Of a stretch of DNA of 64,000 nt, positions 8,150-16,949 are shown piece after piece (the stretch's first letter is position 1; each line of letters begins with the position of its first letter). The stretch lies in the NCBI GenBank assembly GCA_017416185.1, contig JAFQDF010000037.1:1-64000 (forward strand). The letters run 5' to 3'. The stretch comes from Clostridia bacterium. Lineage in GTDB: Bacteria > Bacillota > Clostridia > Oscillospirales > CAG-272. The position numbers and the translations under genes are program-made. The notes beneath the pieces were generated by a model, which was not told the DNA's origin, did not search any database, and saw only the letters and a program-made list of their open reading frames with translations.

Positions 8150-9253
8150 ATGATAAAAAAAGTGATAATTAATGAAAATCAAAGAGGGTTTCTCTTCAAG
8201 AACGGAAAATACGTAAAGATGCTTTGTCCCGGTAAGTATTATACAAACGGTACAAAGGAAATAGAAATATCAAATTTAGATATGCCCGTAGATCCTCACA
8301 GATGCTCTGTCGATACACTATTAACCGACAAAGCAGTCGCAGATTCCGTATGCTTAGTAGATGTCGGAGATGAGCAGGTTGCGCTCCATTTCGTCAACGG
8401 AAAATTCAAATCCGCACTTACTCACGGAAAGTATATGTTCTGGTCCGTACAGGATAAACACGAATATAAGATGATAGATATATCTATCACAGAAGCCGAC
8501 GAAAGCGTTCCCGAATACATTTTTTCTATGATCCCCTCAACACTCTATGTAAAAATAGAGGTAGAGGAGTATCATAAAGCATTGCTTTACTTCAATCAAA
8601 GATTTGTAAAGGTTTTAGATGCAGGTACATACTTTTACTGGAGAAATTCTGTCAAAATAAGCGTAAAACACATCGACACCAGACTTACTCAAATGGATAT
8701 TACGGGACAGGAAATACTTACGCAGGACAAAGTTTCACTTCGTATCAATATGATCTGTAACTACCGAGTAACCGATTACGTAAAAATATTTACCGAAATT
8801 GACGATTTTACCGAGCAACTGCATATAATGGCTCAGCTCGCGTTACGTGAATACGTAGGCAAGCACAAGCTGGACGATATCCTTGAAAAGAAAGACGAAA
8901 TGTCCGAATTTGTTTTTAATAAATTAAAAGCAAAGGAAAGTGAATTGTTCGTTAATATTGCAAATGCCGACGTTAAGGATATAATTCTTCCCGGCGAGAT
9001 CAGAGCGATAATGAATACTGTGCTTATCGCAGAAAAACGCGCTCAGGCAAATGTTATAACCCGCCGCGAGGAAGTAGCATCCACAAGATCCCTTTTGAAT
9101 ACGGCTAAGCTTATGGATGAAAACAGTACCTTATATAAGCTTAAAGAGCTTGAATACGTAGAACGCATCTGTGAAAACATCGGTAATATCAATCTCAACG
9201 GTAACACCGACGTACTGTCCCAGCTTACAGGTATCCTGAGAGGCGGTGCTTAA
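8150..9253 (+). CDS. SPFH/band-7 (stomatin/prohibitin/flotillin/HflKC) domain protein with a duplicated N-terminal SPFH-start motif
   Basis: Core match to SPFH: VNIANADVKDIILPGEIRAIMNTVLIAEKRAQANVITRREEVASTRSLLNTAKLMDEN. Two SPFH-start-like segments are present (VIINENQRGFLFKNGKYVKMLCPGKYY and VEEYHKALLYFNQRFVKVLDAGTYFYW). The ATG at 8150 has an AAGGAG RBS. Confidence 0.7.
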   Translation: MIKKVIINENQRGFLFKNGKYVKMLCPGKYYTNGTKEIEISNLDMPVDPHRCSVDTLLTDKAVADSVCLVDVGDEQVALHFVNGKFKSALTHGKYMFWSVQDKHEYKMIDISITEADESVPEYIFSMIPSTLYVKIEVEEYHKALLYFNQRFVKVLDAGTYFYWRNSVKISVKHIDTRLTQMDITGQEILTQDKVSLRINMICNYRVTDYVKIFTEIDDFTEQLHIMAQLALREYVGKHKLDDILEKKDEMSEFVFNKLKAKESELFVNIANADVKDIILPGEIRAIMNTVLIAEKRAQANVITRREEVASTRSLLNTAKLMDENSTLYKLKELEYVERICENIGNINLNGNTDVLSQLTGILRGGA

Positions 9254-9260
9254 CAATAAA

Positions 9261-10466
9261 ATGATAGAGATAAAAGGAAATTTTAATACCGCCCTCTGCT
9301 TTACAGACAGTGTGGAGGGCTTGGCATACGAGCAGATCAAAACGGTCTGCGATATAGAGGCGTTTGCCGATAATAAGATAAGAATAATGCCCGACGTTCA
9401 CGCAGGTGTGGGCTGTACCATAGGTACGACGATGACTCTTACCGACAAGGTAGTTCCCAATATGGTAGGCGTGGATATCGGCTGCGGTATGTATACCGTA
9501 GAGCTCGGAAAGATCGATATTGACCTTGAAGCATTTGATACCGCCGTTCATACTATTCCCTGCGGCAAGGCTGTATGGGAGGGCAGAAAGGAGCGCTTTG
9601 ACCTTGAGGAGCTGCGCTGCTTCCGTGCGCTTAAGGATTCAAAAAGACTGGAAAGAAGTATCGGAACCCTTGGAGGCGGAAACCACTTTATAGAGATAGA
9701 TAAGGACGAAGATGGCAACAAGTACCTCGTTATCCATTCCGGAAGCCGTAACCTCGGCACTCAGGTGGCGGAGTACTATCAGTCTATTGCCGTTGATCTT
9801 AATATGGGCAAGGAGGAGTACTTTGACCGCCGTGAGGAGATAATCCGCACCTACAAAGCTGAGGGCAGACGCTCTGAAATTCAGGATGTCTTGAAGGCTA
9901 TGGCAAAGGAGTGGAAGGATAAGGAGCCTACACTTCCCCGCGGACTCTGCTATCTCTACGGCAGATTTATGGAGGATTATATCCACGATATAGACATCTG
10001 TCAGCGCTTTGCTACCCGCAACCGTGAGAAGATGGCAGAGATAATTCTTGAGCTGACTGGAATAGCGGCGGCACATTCCTTCCATACGATACACAATTAT
10101 ATCGACGTTGAGGCTATGATACTCCGTAAGGGCTCTGTGTCTGCAAAGGCAGGCGAGAAGCTCCTTATCCCCATCAATATGCGTGACGGCAGCCTTATCT
10201 GTATCGGCAAGGGAAACTCTGACTGGAATTTTTCCGCACCCCACGGTGCAGGCAGACTTATGAGCCGTACCGATGCCTTTGAGAAGCTGACTATGGCAGA
10301 GTATGAGGCGCAGATGTCAGGTATCTACTCCACCTGTATCAACACCTTTACTCTTGACGAGTCACCTATGGCATACAAGTCTATGGAGCATATAGTATCC
10401 AACATCACTCCCACCGCCGATATAGTTACACATATAAAGCCTATATACAATTTCAAGGCAAATTAA
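9261..10466 (+). CDS. rtcB: RtcB-family RNA 3'-phosphate/5'-OH ligase (short ~400-aa form)
   Basis: Motifs MPDVHAGVGCTIG, GGGNHFIEI and NFSAPHGAGR (the GMP-histidine motif). An alternative GTG start at 9246 would overlap the SPFH gene by 8 nt. Confidence 0.8.
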   Translation: MIEIKGNFNTALCFTDSVEGLAYEQIKTVCDIEAFADNKIRIMPDVHAGVGCTIGTTMTLTDKVVPNMVGVDIGCGMYTVELGKIDIDLEAFDTAVHTIPCGKAVWEGRKERFDLEELRCFRALKDSKRLERSIGTLGGGNHFIEIDKDEDGNKYLVIHSGSRNLGTQVAEYYQSIAVDLNMGKEEYFDRREEIIRTYKAEGRRSEIQDVLKAMAKEWKDKEPTLPRGLCYLYGRFMEDYIHDIDICQRFATRNREKMAEIILELTGIAAAHSFHTIHNYIDVEAMILRKGSVSAKAGEKLLIPINMRDGSLICIGKGNSDWNFSAPHGAGRLMSRTDAFEKLTMAEYEAQMSGIYSTCINTFTLDESPMAYKSMEHIVSNITPTADIVTHIKPIYNFKAN

Positions 10467-10488
10467 GGGGCAAGTTGCCCCACCCATA

Positions 10489-10524
10489 CTGCGCCCATTT
10501 GTGCAGTAATACAAATCACACGCC
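10489..10524. repeat. Copy A of a ~36-bp intergenic hairpin motif (CTGCGCC-ATTTGT-GCAGTAAT-ACAAAT-CACACGCC)
   Basis: It shares the TTTG-loop(CAGT)-CAAATCACACG core with copies at 27440-27475 and 53983-54020. Confidence 0.5.
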
Positions 10525-10545
10525 ACAAGGCAATTATCTATATAT

Positions 10546-10585
10546 AAAAAGCTTCGGATCAAACCGAAGCTTCTTTTGTTTTTTT
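10546..10585 (+). terminator. Intrinsic terminator for rtcB (AAGCTTCGG...CCGAAGCTT plus CTTTTGTTTTTTT). The stem overlaps the 3' end of the convergent MATE gene.
   Basis: 9-bp stem with a long T-run. Confidence 0.7.
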
Positions 10586-11908
10586 CATTACCGTAATATA
10601 CATTATAAATCCCATTACAAGGGTCAGGGTGTCGGCTATGGGCTGGGCGCTCATAAGCCCCGTCTCGCCGCCAAAATTCTTAAGTATTATAAGTAAGGGT
10701 ATAAGCAGAACAAGCTGTCTTACCATAGAGAGCAGAAGTGACTGGAACCATCTGCCCATAGACTGGAATATTGCGCCGAAGAGGTTAGTGAAGCACATAC
10801 CCGGCACGCATAAGAACCATATACGTATAAAGTCTATTCCCTTCTCAACAGTCTGTGTCTCGGAGGTAAATATGTGAAGTATAGGCTCGGCAAATATCTC
10901 TGCCAACGCTATACAGAGTCCTGCGTAGATGGCAAGTATTATAAAGGAAAGACTGCTTACAGACTTGAATCTCTTAAGGTTTCCCGCACCGTAGCAGTAA
11001 CCTAACAGAGGCATTATACCCTGTGTGAGACCAACGGTTATCTGTATTCCCACAGAGCCTATCTTCTGTACCGTTCCCTGTGCGGCGATAGATATATCAC
11101 CGTAGGATGACATACTGTTAGTAAGAAGGATGTTGGCTACAGTACCCAGGATTATAACAGCAGCGGCGGGAATTCCTACAAGGATGACCGAGCTTGCAAT
11201 ATTCTTATCAAATCTGAATTTCAGAGGATTAAGAACTATTACGCTGTCCTTTGTTCTGAGGGCTACCGTAAGAAGATAACCGAAGGATATAAGGTTGGAT
11301 ATAAAGGTAGCTATTCCCGCGCCGCCTATTCCCATACCTAACACGGAAACGAAGAGTCCGTCAAGAACTATATTCAACACTCCGCCGAGCGCAACGCCTA
11401 TACTTGCCTGCTTGGTATTTCCTTCAGAACGGATAAGATGCGCCAGCACCATAGAGCCTACCGTGGGTATTCCGCCTATCGTAAAGGTCCAGAAAAGATA
11501 GCTTTGGGTGTGTGCAAGAGTAGACTCGGTAACTGCTCCTGCCATACGGAAAATGGGTAGGTTAAATACGTTTAATATAAGTATCAAAAGCCCCACGGCA
11601 ATAAAGGAACCGTAAAAGCCGAAGGTAGAGGCAAGACGGGCATTGTCCGGCTTCTTTTCACCCAGAGAACGGGAAATAAAGCTGTTGGCGCCGATACCGA
11701 AAAGGTTTGCCACCATAGTAAGGCACATAAATATGGGGAAGCTTACCGTCAAGGCTGCAATCTGTGAGGGATCGTTGGTATGTCCCACAAAGAAGGCATC
11801 GGCAAGGTTATATATAAGTACCACAAGCTGACTCAGAACCGTGGGTATGGCTAACTTTGCCACTGCCCTCGGTACCGTCATATTTTCAAAAACGTCTTTA
11901 TTGTTCAT
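10559..11908 (-). CDS. MATE-family efflux transporter
   Basis: 449 aa with 12 predicted TM helices and the MATE N-terminus (VPRAVAKLAIPTVLSQLVVLIYNLADAFFVGH). Confidence 0.85.
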   Translation of the reverse strand: MNNKDVFENMTVPRAVAKLAIPTVLSQLVVLIYNLADAFFVGHTNDPSQIAALTVSFPIFMCLTMVANLFGIGANSFISRSLGEKKPDNARLASTFGFYGSFIAVGLLILILNVFNLPIFRMAGAVTESTLAHTQSYLFWTFTIGGIPTVGSMVLAHLIRSEGNTKQASIGVALGGVLNIVLDGLFVSVLGMGIGGAGIATFISNLISFGYLLTVALRTKDSVIVLNPLKFRFDKNIASSVILVGIPAAAVIILGTVANILLTNSMSSYGDISIAAQGTVQKIGSVGIQITVGLTQGIMPLLGYCYGAGNLKRFKSVSSLSFIILAIYAGLCIALAEIFAEPILHIFTSETQTVEKGIDFIRIWFLCVPGMCFTNLFGAIFQSMGRWFQSLLLSMVRQLVLLIPLLIILKNFGGETGLMSAQPIADTLTLVMGFIMYITVMKKTKEASV

Positions 11909-12417
11909 CAGATCTCTTCTACTATGTCTTCTCTATCTCTGTACCGGCTGTGTCTGGGGCCTGCCTCCATATCTGCATACCCCATAGGCATAAGAGCTGT
12001 TACACGTATATTTTCGGCAAGCCCGAGGGCATCTCTTACTTCATCCGAATTAAAAACTCCTACCCAACAGGAGCCTATTCCATCCTCCCAAGCTTGTAAC
12101 ATCATATGGGTGGTAACTATAGCCGCATCCGTCTCTCCCGACTCGTAACCCGGCATACGCTTGTTCTGCCAGCTTCTCGTTTTGTCATAGCCTATAACCA
12201 TAATAACGGGAGCATCAAAGGTATAGGGAGTACATTCTTTCAGTTTTTCTCTTGTTTCCTTTGATTTTACAACGTAGATCTTCTGGGGCTGGTTGTTGCA
12301 GGCTGTGGGAGCATACATTCCCGCCTCGATTATACGCTCCAGTATATCCGCAGGGATATCTTTTTCCTTATATTTTCTGACAGAATATCTGTCCTTTGCT
12401 AATTTCATAAACGTCAT
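11908..12417 (-). CDS. Nitroreductase-family protein
   Basis: RYSVRKYKEKDIPADILERIIEAGMYAPTACNNQPQKIYVV is the typical FMN nitroreductase fold signature. Its stop overlaps the MATE start. Confidence 0.8.
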   Translation of the reverse strand: MTFMKLAKDRYSVRKYKEKDIPADILERIIEAGMYAPTACNNQPQKIYVVKSKETREKLKECTPYTFDAPVIMVIGYDKTRSWQNKRMPGYESGETDAAIVTTHMMLQAWEDGIGSCWVGVFNSDEVRDALGLAENIRVTALMPMGYADMEAGPRHSRYRDREDIVEEI

Positions 12418-12508
12418 TTTTAATCACCTCGGAGCATATTATAGCACATTCTATTGACAAAATAAAGTATATATTTTATACTATCTATGTATTTTGGAGG
12501 AAAATGTT

Positions 12509-12874
12509 ATGTTTTATGAAAATGACTTAGTTGCAAGACAGATAGAAGCATTGGTACAGATAGCCTCGAAGATCCTCTTTGGCTCAAACTGTGTAAGCTA
12601 TGAGAAAAAAGGCGACGTTACAGACGAGCTTTTTGACCATATAAACTCTCTTATAGCTGAAAGAGAATTTGGCGAGTGTGAGGATATTATATACGATAAC
12701 TTTGACCTTTCAAATGACGCATATATTGTTTTGGCTATTGACTATTATCACCGTCTCAATGCCTTTGATGACGATACTCTTGAACAGGCAGACTTTGAGC
12801 GTGACGAGGTACGTGACGGACTGATGGAATTTATGCGTAAATGCGGAATTCCGGATGATGCGATGAGTGTGTAA
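12509..12874 (+). CDS. Small acidic hypothetical protein
   Basis: ATG at 12509 with a GGAGG RBS at 8-nt spacing (the ORF-track start is TTG). No recognisable motif. Confidence 0.5.
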   Translation: MFYENDLVARQIEALVQIASKILFGSNCVSYEKKGDVTDELFDHINSLIAEREFGECEDIIYDNFDLSNDAYIVLAIDYYHRLNAFDDDTLEQADFERDEVRDGLMEFMRKCGIPDDAMSV

Positions 12875-12922
12875 AGGAGCAAGCTGCCCCACATATAATA
12901 AAAATTCCCCAACAATAAGCTT

Positions 12923-12953
12923 AAAGGAGTTGCTTCAACTAAGCAACTCCTTT
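12923..12953. terminator. Bidirectional terminator (AAAGGAGTTGCTT-CAACT-AAGCAACTCCTTT)
   Basis: 13-bp stem between convergent genes. Confidence 0.7.
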
Positions 12954-12957
12954 AATA

Positions 12958-14121
12958 TTACAGTTTCTTTTTTACGAAAATAAATGCAATAACTGCTATT
13001 GCAGCTACGCCTATTGCAATACCTACGCCGATATCTCCGGTCTGAGCTGCATTATCTCCCGTTATTCCCCCGGTAACAGCTTTCTTGGTTGTACTTGAGG
13101 TCTTTGAGGCTGTCTTTTGAGTGGTAAGCTTGCTCCCCGTTTGGGTGGTAACAGGGTGTGTCCCTGATTCTGTTTCTGTAGATTTTTCGCTCTCCTTTGT
13201 GTCGATAGTAGTATCAACAGCTCCTGTTGCTATGGTCGTCTCATCCGTTTCAACAGGTTCGGTTACTTCTCCGTTTGCACCAAAGCTGAGCGTTATACCG
13301 TATGCCTTAAGGCATACGCCTGATGACAAATATCCTTTGAGCCCGTCTGCAAGAATATATCCGCAGGTTGCAAAACGCTGGAAGGTGGCAACTTCACCTG
13401 CTTCGGGATCAATAAACCTATCCATATATATTGCCATAGCTCTGTGCTTGGCGCCGCCTGAACAAAGCTCTTCAGTAGTCACACTAATGTCACCGAAGGA
13501 CAGTTCATCTGTATCCTGACATATAAATTCCCAAGGGATAAAAGCCTCAAAGCACCATCCATCATTCGTTACCTGCCCTTTAACCTTAACGTCTGATGTA
13601 ATGTCGCCGCTTCGATTATGGGCACGGTACATACGGCAGATATTATTCTCAAATATACCTACCGAATACCAGGTATTATAATCGGTGTTTGACATATACC
13701 CCTCCTCAAGAAATCTTCCGAGGGGATCTATAACAAAGGTAAAGATATCTCCGTTATATCCGTAAACCACCTCATTTTTAATATTGAAATCGTTCTGTAC
13801 GTTGTCTATATCGTCCTCGCCGGTAGACAGCACAAAACTATTGTCAAGGATGTCAGCGGCATAGTATATACCGTCCTTATCGTATGCATAATATAGATAA
13901 AATGACTGAAGTATCTCGTTGCAGTTACCGAAGGTAGCCATAAGATCCTTGTGGGCATATACGCCTTCACTCCAACCCTCATCCGCTGCTATACTTCCAT
14001 CTATTAAAGGCGTCGACATAGGAACATCGATATTACCGACGTCTGCCTGCATGTTCGGGTTTGCATAGACTGTTGTTGAAAGACAGACAAGTAAAAGTAA
14101 TATACAAATCAATCTTCTCAT
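12958..14121 (-). CDS. Paralog A of a tandem secreted/anchored protein family, the divergent member. It has a signal peptide, an aromatic-rich beta-sandwich-like domain, a Ser/Thr-rich linker and a C-terminal TM anchor ending KKKL.
   Basis: Signal peptide MRRLICILLLLVCLSTTVYA. It shares motifs with paralogs B-D (YYAADILD, GYNGDIFTFVIDPLG, GDITSDVKVKG, GWCFEAFIPWEFI). Its start overlaps the stop of paralog B (ATGA). Confidence 0.7.
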   Translation of the reverse strand: MRRLICILLLLVCLSTTVYANPNMQADVGNIDVPMSTPLIDGSIAADEGWSEGVYAHKDLMATFGNCNEILQSFYLYYAYDKDGIYYAADILDNSFVLSTGEDDIDNVQNDFNIKNEVVYGYNGDIFTFVIDPLGRFLEEGYMSNTDYNTWYSVGIFENNICRMYRAHNRSGDITSDVKVKGQVTNDGWCFEAFIPWEFICQDTDELSFGDISVTTEELCSGGAKHRAMAIYMDRFIDPEAGEVATFQRFATCGYILADGLKGYLSSGVCLKAYGITLSFGANGEVTEPVETDETTIATGAVDTTIDTKESEKSTETESGTHPVTTQTGSKLTTQKTASKTSSTTKKAVTGGITGDNAAQTGDIGVGIAIGVAAIAVIAFIFVKKKL

Positions 14122-15356
14122 TTTCTTTTCTTTGCTCCCTTATATACGATTCCCGATACCGCAAGCGATCCTATAGCTGCAGCGATTCCTATATCAAAGG
14201 TCTGTGCCGCATTGCCACCCGCAGCGGTACCTGTAGTAGCCTTCTTGGTGGTAGCCTTAGCTGTAGCCTTACTTGTAACCTTAACTGTAACCTTCTGCGT
14301 AACCTTGTTACCGGAAGCATCAGTTACTGCATTACCCTTGTCATCGGTAACCTCAACAAAAGCTGTTTCGGTTTCCTCAGTGACAGTATCACTGCCGCTG
14401 TCAGTAGCAGGAGCATCGGTAGTAGCTGTACTATCTGATGCTGTAGTGTCTTCACCTACCTGATCCTTTGCCTCAAGATAAAGGTTAAGCCCAAGAGATT
14501 TGACGTTTGTACCTGTACCCATATGACCGGGAGTTCCGTCCGCCATAGTTGAGGGAACGGTAACAAAGCATCCCCAGGTTGCAACCTCACCTGCCTCGGG
14601 ATCGTTGAAGCGGTCGTGATACATAGCACCTGCTCTGACCAGTGATTTATCGGAAAGAAGCTCTGCTTTGTCTATGACACAGTCACCGTATGAAATATTC
14701 TCTATATCTTCAATAATCATATCCCAAGGTATACCTGCTTCAAGGCACCAGCCTGTAGCGGTCTTGTGTCCTGCCACCTTTACCTTGTCAGTAATATCGC
14801 CTGCATTTACCTTTTCGCGGTACATCCTGGCTACATCTCCTTCAAAAAGACCTACCATATACCAAGGAGAGTTATCTTCATTACCGGTAAACCCATTATT
14901 CGCCAATATTCCTGCGGGATCTATAAGCATACCGAAAACGTCGCCGTTATATCCGAACGCAGAACCGTCATCCTTTATGTCAATATCATCGGTACCTGAA
15001 GAATACACAAATTCGTTTGTACCTGCGGGAATAACCTCGCCGGTTATCTCATGTACTGACTCAAGACCGTCGGTAAGATCGGCGGCATAATAGAAATATT
15101 CGTCGTCATAAGCAAATTTAACCGTACCCTTAAACGTAAGAGGATTTACGTGCCAGAAGAAACCGAGGGTATCGTAATCCATACTTGCTGCAACAGACCA
15201 GCCTTCCGTTTCGGTTATATTGCCGTCAACGGTAGGAGAAACCTTCGGCGTATCTATGGGACCGTTCTCAATAACGCCCTCGGGCCCTGCCATAATCTGT
15301 ACCGACATAATTGATATCATCAATAATGCCAATAATACTGTAATGATCTTTTTCAT
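14118..15356 (-). CDS. Paralog B of the tandem surface-protein family
   Basis: Signal peptide MKKIITVLLALLMISIMSVQIMA, with a GGAG RBS; the ORF-track start is further upstream. The conserved domain is followed by the C-terminal tail TGTAAGGNAAQTFDIGIAAAIGSLAVSGIVYKGAKKRK. Confidence 0.75.
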   Translation of the reverse strand: MKKIITVLLALLMISIMSVQIMAGPEGVIENGPIDTPKVSPTVDGNITETEGWSVAASMDYDTLGFFWHVNPLTFKGTVKFAYDDEYFYYAADLTDGLESVHEITGEVIPAGTNEFVYSSGTDDIDIKDDGSAFGYNGDVFGMLIDPAGILANNGFTGNEDNSPWYMVGLFEGDVARMYREKVNAGDITDKVKVAGHKTATGWCLEAGIPWDMIIEDIENISYGDCVIDKAELLSDKSLVRAGAMYHDRFNDPEAGEVATWGCFVTVPSTMADGTPGHMGTGTNVKSLGLNLYLEAKDQVGEDTTASDSTATTDAPATDSGSDTVTEETETAFVEVTDDKGNAVTDASGNKVTQKVTVKVTSKATAKATTKKATTGTAAGGNAAQTFDIGIAAAIGSLAVSGIVYKGAKKRK

Positions 15357-15387
15357 AGCATTACTCCTAAAATTATTTTCTATAGAT

Positions 15388-15416
15388 ATTATAACATCTG
15401 TTCTTAAATAAATCAA
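15388..15416 (-). promoter_or_regulatory. Sigma-A promoter for paralog B (TTGATT, 17-nt spacer, TGnTATAAT extended -10)
   Basis: Read on the minus strand as TTGATTTATTTAAGAACAGATGTTATAAT. Confidence 0.5.
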
Positions 15417-15449
15417 GCCTTTCGACCACAGTCGAAAGGCTCCATTAAC

Positions 15450-15477
15450 TTTGCACTTTGCATTTTGCACTTTGCAC
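15450..15477. repeat. Short tandem repeat (TTTGCAC)n-like, TTGCACTTTGCATTTTGCACTTTGCACT, next to a palindromic hairpin at 15415-15440
   Basis: Read directly from the sequence. Confidence 0.6.
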
Positions 15478-15487
15478 TACATAAAAC

Positions 15488-15507
15488 AAAGCACTCCGAG
15501 GAGTGCT
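15488..15507 (-). terminator. Intrinsic terminator for paralog C (AAGCACTCC-GAGGAGTGCTT plus a T-run on the minus strand)
   Basis: 9-bp stem, with TTTGTTTTAT following on the minus strand. Confidence 0.7.
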
Positions 15508-15519
15508 TGTTTCATGTAA

Positions 15520-16767
15520 TTACTTTCTCTTCTTTGTAGCTACAAAGCCGATACCGGAGGTTGCAAGAGCACCGAGTGCTACTGCTATGCCAATATCAAA
15601 TGTCTGAGCAGCGTTACCGCCTGTAGTGGTACCTGTGGTAGCTTTCTTAGTAGTGGCCTTAGCTGTAGCTTTAGTTGTAGCCTTACTTGTAACCTTAACT
15701 GTAACCTTCTGGGTAACCTTGTTACCGGAAGCGTCAGTTACTACGTTACCCTTGTCATCAGTAACCTCAACAAATGCTGTCTCGGTTTCTGCAGAAGTAT
15801 TGTCATCACCACCGGGAGTTGCTGTAGTTGTATCATCAGGTGTTGCGGTGGTATCATCAGCCTCAGGACCCTTGAGAGTGTTGGAAATGTTAAGGGTAAT
15901 ACCGCAGGACTGTACAACGTCACCCTTACCCATATGACCGGCAGTACCGTCAAGCTGAGTGGTGGGAACGGTTATATAACGTCCCCAAGTAGCAACCTCG
16001 CCTGCCTCAGGATCGTCAAAACGGTCTTGATACATACCTGCACATTTGTACTGTGCACCATCAGCTATAAGCTCTTCCTTTGTAAGTACAACGTCACCGT
16101 AAGAGATATCCTCGATATCCTTGATGATTATTTCCCAAGGAATCATCGCTTCAAATTCCCAACCGTCAGAGGTCTTCTTGCCGGCTACCTTAACCTGATC
16201 AGTAATATCACCTACACTTACCTTCTGTCTGTACATCTTAGCCTGATCGCCTTCAAAAAGACCTACAAGATACCAAGGAGTATAGTCATTGTTGAAGCCG
16301 GCTGAAAGTAAACCACCCAAAGGATCAAGAAGAAGACCAAATACGTCTCCGTCATAACCGTAATGGGATGTAGGATCTGCTGAATCAACATCGATCCAGT
16401 CTTCGCCCGTAGAATAAACGAAATAGTTGGTGTCAATAACCTCTTCACCGGTGAGCTCATTTACTGCATGGAGATTCTCTTTAATCTTACCTGCAAAGTA
16501 GAAGCCTGTTTCATCTACCGCAAAAAGTATGTTTCCGTCAGAGGTAAGGGGATTCTGTTTCCAGAAATATCCACATGTCTCTGCGTTCATTAGAGCAGCA
16601 GTAGACCAACCCTCATTATTGGTAACAGATCCGTCAACAGTAGGAGTACCGGTAGGAACGGTAATGGGGGGATTTTCAACAACACCGTGGGGACCTGCTG
16701 TAACTGTCATTGCAAAACTCATTGCAAGAACAAGCACACATGCAATGATTGCACTAATTTTTCTCAT
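15520..16767 (-). CDS. Paralog C of the tandem surface-protein family
   Basis: Signal peptide MRKISAIIACVLVLAMSFAMTVTA with an AGGAGG RBS. C-terminal tail GGNAAQTFDIGIAVALGALATSGIGFVATKKRK. Confidence 0.75.
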   Translation of the reverse strand: MRKISAIIACVLVLAMSFAMTVTAGPHGVVENPPITVPTGTPTVDGSVTNNEGWSTAALMNAETCGYFWKQNPLTSDGNILFAVDETGFYFAGKIKENLHAVNELTGEEVIDTNYFVYSTGEDWIDVDSADPTSHYGYDGDVFGLLLDPLGGLLSAGFNNDYTPWYLVGLFEGDQAKMYRQKVSVGDITDQVKVAGKKTSDGWEFEAMIPWEIIIKDIEDISYGDVVLTKEELIADGAQYKCAGMYQDRFDDPEAGEVATWGRYITVPTTQLDGTAGHMGKGDVVQSCGITLNISNTLKGPEADDTTATPDDTTTATPGGDDNTSAETETAFVEVTDDKGNVVTDASGNKVTQKVTVKVTSKATTKATAKATTKKATTGTTTGGNAAQTFDIGIAVALGALATSGIGFVATKKRK

Positions 16768-16798
16768 AATATATTCCTCCTGAATTGTATATATGGTT

Positions 16799-16827
16799 AT
16801 TATAACATATGATTTTAAATTAATCAA
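16799..16827 (-). promoter_or_regulatory. Sigma-A promoter for paralog C (TTGATT, 17-nt spacer, TGnTATAAT)
   Basis: Minus strand TTGATTAATTTAAAATCATATGTTATAAT, nearly the same architecture as the paralog B promoter. Confidence 0.5.
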
Positions 16828-16917
16828 TAGTAATTTTTACATATTAGAAAAAATACTTTAAGAAAGTAGATCAATCTTTTTCTTTAATCAATAGCTTGTA
16901 TACATTTTTCGCATAAA

Positions 16918-16941
16918 AAGATGACCCTTTCGGGTCATCTT
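16918..16941 (-). terminator. Intrinsic terminator for paralog D (AAGATGACCC-TTTCGG-GTCATCTT)
   Basis: 9-bp stem, with CTTTTTATG following on the minus strand. Confidence 0.65.
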
Positions 16942-16949
16942 AATTTATA

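Noticed and set aside
10475-10696. 73-aa ORF starting in the rtcB-MATE intergenic region
   Set aside because: It spans the terminator hairpins and runs antisense into the MATE gene, with no RBS.
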